From a virus (Duplodnaviria > Caudoviricetes), in IMG/VR virus record IMGVR_UViG_3300030330_004117, positions 1 through 32,743 of that record: 32,743 nucleotides of DNA; one strand, given 5' to 3'. Shown in pieces: positions 25,897 to 32,743 of this stretch (positions within the stretch are counted from its first letter, which is position 1; every line of letters starts with the position of its first letter). The position numbers were made by a program, and so were the translations under genes. Under the pieces are notes generated by a model. That model did not search any database, was not told where the DNA came from, and worked only from the letters and a program-made list of their open reading frames with translations.

Positions 25897-26561
25897 GATT
25901 AAATAAAAAATATCCATACAAACATTACAACAGATTTTCAGATACAACTGGTAGGAAGTATTTAGTTGACAATATTAAAGTGCCATCGGTAACCACTATT
26001 TTAAGCGCAACTAAAGATAAAAGATTTCTTGATAATTGGCGTAGACGTGTTGGAGATAAAGAAGCTGATAGAATTATGAAACAAGCATCTAGCGTGGGCA
26101 CTGAAATGCACCAAATTTTAGAATACTATTTAACTGGTCAAGGTTATTACAATGCCTCAGAAGAAGGTAGAAAACCTAGGATGATGGCAAAAACCATTTT
26201 GGACAATATTAAATTAGATGAGGTGTGGGGTAATGAGATTAGTCTTGAATATCAAAATAAGTTTGCAGGGACTTGTGATTTAACGGCTATTGCCTATGGA
26301 AAACCAAGTATTGTTGATTGGAAACAATCAAATAGACCTAAAAAAGAAGAGTGGGTAGAGGACTATAAGTTACAGTTAGGTGCCTATTATTTAGCCCATA
26401 CTGCGAATTACGGGCCCATAGAGCAGGGGGTAATAGCAATATGCACCCGTGACCTCCAATATCAAGAATTTAGGCTCTCAGAGGCTGATTTGAAAGAATA
26501 TGGCGAGAAATTTTTAGAAAGATTAAGTGAGTATCAAAAACTACAGGAGCCAATCTCTTAA
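25893..26561 (+). CDS. PD-(D/E)XK exonuclease (RecB-family)
   Basis: PSVTTILS, GTEMH, FAGTCDL, IVDWKQS, QLGAY. Confidence 0.88.
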   Translation: MRLNKKYPYKHYNRFSDTTGRKYLVDNIKVPSVTTILSATKDKRFLDNWRRRVGDKEADRIMKQASSVGTEMHQILEYYLTGQGYYNASEEGRKPRMMAKTILDNIKLDEVWGNEISLEYQNKFAGTCDLTAIAYGKPSIVDWKQSNRPKKEEWVEDYKLQLGAYYLAHTANYGPIEQGVIAICTRDLQYQEFRLSEADLKEYGEKFLERLSEYQKLQEPIS

Positions 26562-27968
26562 ATCTTCTTCACCTAGTGTTTTTGCTGCTATTTGCCCTTT
26601 ATTAGTAAGTGCTTTCATTATAGCTTCATCAAGTGTATTTCTAGCCACAATATCAATATAAACAACAGATCCTTTTTGGCCCATTCTATGAGCTCTATCT
26701 TCAGACTGTTTTCGAACCTCTAGATTATAATTATTAGAATAATATATAACAGTGTTACACGCAGTAAGTGTTAAACCAAATCCTCCTGTAGTTGGATTAC
26801 CTACTAAAAATTTAGTTTTATCATCTGTTTGTATGCGTTCAACAGCTTTTTTTCTATCAGAAACAGTGACTTCACCAAAAATAGATACGACAGAATCTCT
26901 GCCATATTTTTCTTCAAGAAAACCTATAATTTGTTTAATATTATAAATATAATTAGCCCAAATAATTACTTTACCATCAGTCTCATCGAGTATTTCTTCT
27001 AAGGCATTTAATTTAGATTTATGTAACCCAATTATTTCACCATCATCGTTTTTTGTAAAACCATTACACACCTGATGTAATTTAACAATCTCTGTTAATT
27101 TATTAGAAAAAGAAATTGTGCTATCTTCAACTATGGCAAGAGCAGTTGTCCTTAGTTTTTCGTAGATTTTTTTACCTTCTCCTTCTAATTCAATATATCT
27201 TTTTTGTCGAATTTTAGGTTTTAGATCTAAACATTGATCTTTTCTAATTCTTGTTGAGAACTGTTGTAGTTTTATTTCAAGCTCTTCTAGTCTTTTGTAA
27301 TATTTTGGAACACTAATAAATCTACCTGAACCTACAGGTATATCTGTCATTTCAGCATACCGATTTCTAAAAGCTAAATAACTAGAAAACCCTAATAAAT
27401 CTTGATCTAAAAACTGACATTGTGTATATAGATCCAATGGAGATTTTGTTATTGGCGATCCTGTTAGGATACGCCTTATACGGGATAGTGATCTTAGTCC
27501 TAAAATGTTTTTTGTTCGTTTTGCTGATCTATTTTTTATGGTGGTTGATTCATCCAGTGCTACAAAGTTTAATGTATTTTTAGATAAATAATCAACACAT
27601 GCTTGAAATCCTCTTTTTGTCGAAAGAGCCTCAACATTAATTAGAAAGATTCTAAATTGATCAGTTTTATTTAATTTTTCTAAGTCTTTTGGTTTATCAA
27701 TATTCCATTTATATATTTTATATTTAACATTATCAGGCATATGAGTTTGAATCTCAGTTTCCCAAACAGTATAAACTGATTTTGGTGCAATAATTAAAGC
27801 AGAAGTTATTTGTTTTTTTAAAAACAAATATGCCATATTATCTATTGTTACTTTTGTTTTTCCAGTTCCCATTTCCATAAAGTATGCCCACTGTGTTTTT
27901 TCAGCAGATTGATTTAAAGCATTTCTTTGATGCTCGTATGGGTTTGTCTTATACGGGTATTTCCACAT
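26541..27968 (-). CDS. SNF2-family (SF2) helicase
   Basis: PYEHQ, MEMGTGKT, LDEST, LTGSP, GGFGLTL, QSEDRAHRMGQ. Start placed at MWKYPYKT (27968). Confidence 0.9.
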   Translation of the reverse strand: MWKYPYKTNPYEHQRNALNQSAEKTQWAYFMEMGTGKTKVTIDNMAYLFLKKQITSALIIAPKSVYTVWETEIQTHMPDNVKYKIYKWNIDKPKDLEKLNKTDQFRIFLINVEALSTKRGFQACVDYLSKNTLNFVALDESTTIKNRSAKRTKNILGLRSLSRIRRILTGSPITKSPLDLYTQCQFLDQDLLGFSSYLAFRNRYAEMTDIPVGSGRFISVPKYYKRLEELEIKLQQFSTRIRKDQCLDLKPKIRQKRYIELEGEGKKIYEKLRTTALAIVEDSTISFSNKLTEIVKLHQVCNGFTKNDDGEIIGLHKSKLNALEEILDETDGKVIIWANYIYNIKQIIGFLEEKYGRDSVVSIFGEVTVSDRKKAVERIQTDDKTKFLVGNPTTGGFGLTLTACNTVIYYSNNYNLEVRKQSEDRAHRMGQKGSVVYIDIVARNTLDEAIMKALTNKGQIAAKTLGEEDLRDWLL

Positions 27969-28038
27969 CCTATGCACATATATATTTTTTTTGTTTACAA
28001 GATCAAGTAAATAATTTAAGACCCCAACAGGAGGATTT

Positions 28039-28578
28039 ATGGATATAGAAAAAATGTCAAATATTGACATTAGTCAAGATAGTGTAAAATCTATTTCTGA
28101 CAAATGTAACCAACTCAAAGATCTTCAAACTCAGATTGAAACAGAAGAAGAAAAATTAAAAAAGTTAAAAAATCAGTCTAGAGATCTTGAAGAAAGAATA
28201 ATTCCAGAGATGATGCAGGAAGCCGGTGTATCGTTGTTGAAGTTAGCCGATGGTTCAACTGTTGAAGTTAAACCATTCTATGCAGCAAAAATTCCTGAGT
28301 CACGTGTTGATGAAGCCTTTGGCTATTTGAGAAGTAATGGGTTTGAAGATTTAATTAAGAATACTGTTACTGCATCATTTGGTAGAGGACAAGACAACCA
28401 AGTCTCTGAATTAATAAGTGTGTGTGAGAAATTTGGTTTCAACTATAATAAAAAAGAAAAAGTTGAACCAATGACTCTTAAAGCATTTGTTAAAGAACAA
28501 GTCGAGGGTGGTAAGAAATTACCATTTGATTTGTTCGGAGTATACATCGCAAATAAAACGAAAATAACAAACAAATAA
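28039..28578 (+). CDS. Conserved replication-module protein
   Basis: AGGAGG RBS; N-terminal coiled coil, IPEMMQE.G....KL.DG, VEPMTLKAFVKEQ. Confidence 0.75.
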   Translation: MDIEKMSNIDISQDSVKSISDKCNQLKDLQTQIETEEEKLKKLKNQSRDLEERIIPEMMQEAGVSLLKLADGSTVEVKPFYAAKIPESRVDEAFGYLRSNGFEDLIKNTVTASFGRGQDNQVSELISVCEKFGFNYNKKEKVEPMTLKAFVKEQVEGGKKLPFDLFGVYIANKTKITNK

Positions 28579-28589
28579 TAGGTAACAAT

Positions 28590-29381
28590 ATGAAACTAAA
28601 AGACGGACAATCGAACGAAGTAGCGATTAAAAAACAAGCTGGAGCCGTTGCAGCGATTAACATCGAGCAATTTGGCGAAGCAGGATTTGAGAATGTAGAC
28701 TCAAAGAGTTTAGCATTACCATTTCTTAAAGTTCTTGGTCAGCTTTCACCACAAGTTACACAAGGTGATAGTCAGTTTATGGCAGAAGCTAGAGCAGGAA
28801 TGATCTACAACACAGTGACGGACGAACTTTATGATGGTGCAAAAGGAATTACAGTTATTCCTTGCTATTATAAATTGGAATACATTGAATGGAGAGACAG
28901 AGAAAAAGGTGCTGTTGCTCCAATAAATGTTTATCCTGCTGATTCGGATATCATGAGTAAAACCACTAGAGGGGATGACGGTAAAGATCGACTCGAGAAT
29001 GGTAATTACATAGAAGAGACAGCTTCTCATTATGTGATGGTTGTTGAAGAGGAAAAATCATCAACAGCTTTAATAACTATGAAGTCTACTCAAAGAAAAA
29101 AATCTAAGAAGTGGAATTCTATGATGATGTCCTTGAGACAAAAGAGAAAAGATGGAAAGGGTTTTTTTAAACCTGCACCATTTACTCAAATGTACTCTCT
29201 CAAAACTGTACTAGAAAAGAACAATTTAGGTTCTTGGTTCGGTTGGGAGATTGAGCATATAGGACAAGTGGAGAGCGAAGAAACAATTAAAGCAGCCTTT
29301 GAGTTTTATGAAACTTGTAAAAAAGGTGCTGTTCGAGTAAACCACGGTAAAGAGGAACAAGTAGAAAAAACTCCATTCTAA
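28590..29381 (+). CDS. Putative single-stranded DNA-binding/annealing protein
   Basis: LPFLKVLGQLSPQV, YIEW, MKSTQ.KKS.KWNS and a C-terminal tail ending PF; located before the primase. Confidence 0.5.
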   Translation: MKLKDGQSNEVAIKKQAGAVAAINIEQFGEAGFENVDSKSLALPFLKVLGQLSPQVTQGDSQFMAEARAGMIYNTVTDELYDGAKGITVIPCYYKLEYIEWRDREKGAVAPINVYPADSDIMSKTTRGDDGKDRLENGNYIEETASHYVMVVEEEKSSTALITMKSTQRKKSKKWNSMMMSLRQKRKDGKGFFKPAPFTQMYSLKTVLEKNNLGSWFGWEIEHIGQVESEETIKAAFEFYETCKKGAVRVNHGKEEQVEKTPF

Positions 29382-29382
29382 T

Positions 29383-30954
29383 ATGGAACTACTTGACAAC
29401 ACCCTGGAGGAGTTTGTAGAACTCTTCCAGGGCTCATCTACATATTTTGGTGTATCCAAACCCACGGGTAAGAAAAACTCAAAAGGTAAGGCAGAATTCA
29501 AACATTGGGTTGAACCTTCTCCAATGTCAAAAGATCATTGGTTGCAACATTTAAAAGGAGAAGCTTACTATGGATCAGTTCCCATTCGAGATGATAATAC
29601 ATGCAGTTGGGGGGTCATCGATGTTGATCGTTATAATATACAGCATCAGGAAATTATATCGATTATACGGAAAAGAAAATACCCACTCGTACCATTCAGA
29701 TCAAAATCCAACGGACTCCATTTAATTTTATTTATCGAAGGTGTAGTTCCTGCATCTGCGATGCGTAAAAAATTAATTGAATTAGCTTCCGACCTAGGTA
29801 TCAATGATACCACTACAGATATTTTTCCTGCGCAAGATGAAGTAGATCTTACACCGGAAAACTGGGATGAAAAAAGAAAAGGTAACTTTGTAAACTTACC
29901 GTACCAAAAAGCACATATGACAACTAGAGTTGCAATGGATGATCAGTGCAATTCTATAAACATAAAAGATTTATATAAATTTATATCTAAGTTTAGACTT
30001 AAACCTGCAGAGTTTAAAAAATTAAAAATATTTCAAGATGATGAAACAAAAGACTACCCACCCTGTGTAGTTAATTTTATGAAAAACAAAGTCAAGAAAG
30101 GCGAAGGTCGGAATGATGCTATGTTTAACGTAGCTGTTTTAGCCAAAAAAATTAATCCTGATCCTGTCATGTATGAAGATTGGACTAGAGATATGATGGG
30201 TAAAGTATGTGAAGAAAGATTACATCCAAAAGAATTAGAAAATATATTTAAAGGTGTTGAGAACAAAGAATATGCGTACAAATGTAAAACATCAATCGCT
30301 AGAATGCACTGTGTATCATCTGAATGCGTTAAGCGTAAGCTTGGGATTGGAGCTAATGAAGCTTTACCTGAGGTAGGTAAACTCATAAAAGTAAATTCAT
30401 ATCCTGAACCATATTGGATTTTACCTATTCAAGGTAAATCTATAAGATTATCAACAAAACAATTATACCAACAACAGTTGTTGGGAGAACAATTATTAAA
30501 TTATGATATTGTGTGGAGACCATTAAAACCAACAAAAAGAGATCCTGATCCGTACAGAGATTGGTTAGATGATCTTATGGCAAACAAACAAGATATGGAA
30601 GGATTTGATGCAACAGAAGAAGGAAGTGACGTTTTTAATTCTAGAATGTCAAGATTTTTAGAAGATGTTGAAGACACCACAGAATTTGATCAAATAGATT
30701 CAGGAAATATTTGGCGTGATGAAAATGAAATGAGATTTAAACTTGAGACTTTTAGATCTTTTATGAAAAAAATGGGTTACAATTGGAATGAAAAAGAATG
30801 CACAAGATTTTTAGAACAGGGTGGCGCAAAACCAAAAGCAAAATTCAAAGGTATACAAAGCCGACATTGGATCGTGCCTTTACCACAACAAATGGAGCAT
30901 AAAAATAAAGATGTCAAATTCACTAAACCGAAGGCTGCGTGGGAAGACAATTAA
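29383..30954 (+). CDS. Archaeo-eukaryotic primase (AEP) family primase with PriCT-like domain
   Basis: WGVIDVD (DxD), RSKSNGLH, DIFP.Q, GNFVNLPY, PPC..GEGRNDAMF and a Cys cluster YKC..HC...C. Confidence 0.82.
   Translation: MELLDNTLEEFVELFQGSSTYFGVSKPTGKKNSKGKAEFKHWVEPSPMSKDHWLQHLKGEAYYGSVPIRDDNTCSWGVIDVDRYNIQHQEIISIIRKRKYPLVPFRSKSNGLHLILFIEGVVPASAMRKKLIELASDLGINDTTTDIFPAQDEVDLTPENWDEKRKGNFVNLPYQKAHMTTRVAMDDQCNSINIKDLYKFISKFRLKPAEFKKLKIFQDDETKDYPPCVVNFMKNKVKKGEGRNDAMFNVAVLAKKINPDPVMYEDWTRDMMGKVCEERLHPKELENIFKGVENKEYAYKCKTSIARMHCVSSECVKRKLGIGANEALPEVGKLIKVNSYPEPYWILPIQGKSIRLSTKQLYQQQLLGEQLLNYDIVWRPLKPTKRDPDPYRDWLDDLMANKQDMEGFDATEEGSDVFNSRMSRFLEDVEDTTEFDQIDSGNIWRDENEMRFKLETFRSFMKKMGYNWNEKECTRFLEQGGAKPKAKFKGIQSRHWIVPLPQQMEHKNKDVKFTKPKAAWEDN
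29402..29432 (+). other. 13-bp inverted repeat at the primase 5' end
   Basis: CCCTGGAGGAGTT-TGTAG-AACTCTTCCAGGG, with one G-U pair. Confidence 0.7.
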
Positions 30955-32521
30955 AATATTTGGTCCTCCAGGTACAGGTAAAACAGAAAACTTATTAAAA
31001 CGTGTGCAACGTTATTTACGACAAGGTTATTCTCCTGATGAGATTTGTTATGTGTCTTTTACAAACAAAGCTGTAAATGAATGTGTTGCAAGAGTTAGAA
31101 AAAGATTTAAAGAATATGATGAAGATGATTTTAAATATTTTCGAACACTACATTCTTTGGCCCGACAACAGTTTGCTGAGATTCCCGTATTAGATCCAAA
31201 AGCAGATATGCTTATGTTTCATACACAATACGGAACAGTAAAAGTTAATTACAAAGACGGCCATGATGATCAAAAGGTTTACAACAATTGGTCCTTACAA
31301 ATATATGACAGGGCAAGAAACATGAAAGTAGATCCTGTGTGGCTTTACAAACAACAATCTAGAAAAGCTGTAAGGTTGCAGCAATTCAAATCAATTATCA
31401 ATGGTTACGAAGAATTTAAAACAATGGAACTGGAGAACGGACAGCGGACACCGGACAGGTTAGATTTTACAGACATGGTGCAAAAGTTTGTAGATGATGG
31501 ATTAATACTACCTTTTAAAGTTTTAATGGTTGATGAAGCACAAGATTTAACACCTTTACAATGGGATATGGTGGTTAAGATGGCAGAGGGAGTTGATAGA
31601 GTTTATATTGCTGGAGATGATGATCAGGCCATTTACGAGTGGAATGGAGCTGACGTTAATCTATTTCAAACTTTTCCAGGTAAATCTTTGGTGTTAAAAA
31701 AATCTGTAAGATTAAATAAAAATATACATTTTTTTTCTAACTGTATTTTAAATTCTATGGGTAGTAACAGAATAGAAAAAGAATTTTATTCTAATGGTAA
31801 AAAAGGATCTATTCAAAGATGGAATGGATTAAAAAAAGTTCCTTGGGATTTAGAGGGAAGCTGGATGGTTCTTGCTAGAATTAACGATGTAAAGAAAGAG
31901 CTGCAGCAGGAGGCAAAAAATCTTGGTTTATATTATCAAGATCAAAAAAATAATAAATCTTTTGATCCGAATCAGTTCATGGCAATACAATTGTGGGAAA
32001 AAATTTGTGAGGGAGGTTCTATATCTCGAGAGGAAGCATGCATTATGTATGAATATTTATTAAATATTGACCACGGATACCGGTCACAGGACAGCAAAAA
32101 ATGGTCTTTTGCACACCCAAATCAAGTCTTTACTTTTGATGAATTACACTTAAGGTGTGGTATGCGAGACGAAAAAGGTCCTTGGAATCAAGTGTTTAAG
32201 AGAAAATTTAAAGATAAAGATAAACAATACTTTAATAAATTAATGAAAGAAGGTGTGGATTTAACACAACCACCAAATATTATTATTGATACAATACATC
32301 AAGTTAAAGGTGGTGAAGCTGATAATGTAGTATTAGCCAGTAAATGTAATTTTCCTTCACATTTTGATAAAAAAAATTTAACAGAAAAAGTAAAAGAACT
32401 TAGAGTTTGGTACACAGGCGTTACTAGATGCAAACAAAATTTACACTTGCTAGGTACTAATCATCAATATAACTTCCCTTTAGGTAAATATTTTAAAATT
32501 TATGAGGCAAACTATGTTTAG
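30911..32521 (+). CDS. UvrD/Rep-like SF1 helicase
   Basis: GPPGTGKT, VSFTNKA, RTLHS, VDEAQD, GDDDQAIY, TIHQVKGGEAD, YTGVTR. Probable start at ATG 30911. Confidence 0.92.
   Translation: MSNSLNRRLRGKTIKIFGPPGTGKTENLLKRVQRYLRQGYSPDEICYVSFTNKAVNECVARVRKRFKEYDEDDFKYFRTLHSLARQQFAEIPVLDPKADMLMFHTQYGTVKVNYKDGHDDQKVYNNWSLQIYDRARNMKVDPVWLYKQQSRKAVRLQQFKSIINGYEEFKTMELENGQRTPDRLDFTDMVQKFVDDGLILPFKVLMVDEAQDLTPLQWDMVVKMAEGVDRVYIAGDDDQAIYEWNGADVNLFQTFPGKSLVLKKSVRLNKNIHFFSNCILNSMGSNRIEKEFYSNGKKGSIQRWNGLKKVPWDLEGSWMVLARINDVKKELQQEAKNLGLYYQDQKNNKSFDPNQFMAIQLWEKICEGGSISREEACIMYEYLLNIDHGYRSQDSKKWSFAHPNQVFTFDELHLRCGMRDEKGPWNQVFKRKFKDKDKQYFNKLMKEGVDLTQPPNIIIDTIHQVKGGEADNVVLASKCNFPSHFDKKNLTEKVKELRVWYTGVTRCKQNLHLLGTNHQYNFPLGKYFKIYEANYV
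31438..31458 (+). repeat. Heptad triplet array 4
   Basis: CGGACAG CGGACAC CGGACAG. Confidence 0.75.
32074..32094 (+). repeat. Heptad triplet array 5
   Basis: CGGATAC CGGTCAC AGGACAG. Confidence 0.6.
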
Positions 32522-32717
32522 ACGATTAATACTTGATGCGCTTGAAGACAGATACAACGCACAAATATCAGAAGCGGAAGCCACTTTAAAAATCTTTTTA
32601 GAAAAACCGGTTGGCATCGGAGAACATCCACAGCATTTGGAAGAGGTTGATAAATTAATTGATAAGATAGCTCAGGCAGAATCTAAAATACAAACTTTAC
32701 AATCTTTTAAATTATGA
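32514..32717 (+). CDS. Small conserved phage protein
   Basis: GAGG RBS before ATG 32514; PVGIGEHPQ motif between two helices. Confidence 0.75.
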   Translation: MFRRLILDALEDRYNAQISEAEATLKIFLEKPVGIGEHPQHLEEVDKLIDKIAQAESKIQTLQSFKL

Positions 32718-32743
32718 GAGATGATCTTATGGTGCAGCAACAG
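32714..32743 (+). CDS. Start of next gene (truncated)
   Basis: ATGA overlap; MRDDLMVQQQ is open to the window end. Confidence 0.45.
   Translation, partial: MRDDLMVQQQ

Noticed and set aside
26391-26460. GC-richer patch with repeated GCCCATA in the nuclease gene
   Set aside because: No convincing stem or periodicity was found.
25893-26561. Cas4 or CRISPR association of the nuclease
   Set aside because: It lacks the four-Cys Fe-S cluster pattern, and no repeat-spacer array is visible in the window.
27969-28070. ORF-track extension of the SNF2 helicase to 28070
   Set aside because: It would overlap the divergent 28039 gene head-to-head; helicase-like sequence begins at MWKYPYKT.
28622-28660. 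AGCGATTAA direct repeat 30 nt apart
   Set aside because: It is in frame (AIK/AIN) with only two copies, consistent with peptide-level similarity.
3051-29864. Weaker heptad-like matches (3051 TGACCAG TGGATAC; 21870 TTCTCAC CGGTTGC; 29848 CTTACAC CGGAAAA)
   Set aside because: They are too degenerate to count without a PWM score.
185-30386. Numerous short antisense ORFs (e.g. 185-388, 2860-3189, 7566-7985, 13111-13392, 23867-24133, 30054-30386)
   Set aside because: They are shadow frames of well-supported genes, with no RBS or recognisable motifs.
31437-32094. Heptad arrays as CsrA/RsmA (ANGGA) sites
   Set aside because: Many units are CCGGT, CCGGA or GCGGA, they are not in obvious hairpin loops, and they lie deep within coding regions.

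Overview
This is an AT-rich, gene-dense segment of a tailed dsDNA phage with podovirus-like architecture. By gene style and low GC it most resembles marine SAR11/Pelagibacter podoviruses (possibly HTVC023P-like); that assignment is inference, not a database hit. Gene order on the + strand is: capsid-associated genes, small basic proteins, a lysis region ending in an M15 peptidase endolysin, head-tail adaptors, tail and tail-fibre genes, a tail tubular B/gp10-like gene, two glycosyltransferases, internal (ejection) proteins and a PD-(D/E)XK nuclease. An inverted SNF2 helicase follows, then a replication operon (putative SSB, AEP primase, UvrD-like helicase). Five 2OG-Fe(II) oxygenases sit in three AT-rich cassettes inside the virion module. 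The most notable signals are: (1) co-oriented 3x7-bp arrays (consensus CGGWCAV) hidden in coding DNA at five distant loci; (2) a possible virion hydroxylation/glycosylation system next to an X-Pro-Gly-rich tail fibre tip; (3) an ArfA-like basic peptide; (4) amphipathic micropeptides in the lysis region; (5) a 13-bp hairpin at the start of the primase gene. I found no tRNA, rRNA, CRISPR array or integrase by eye.
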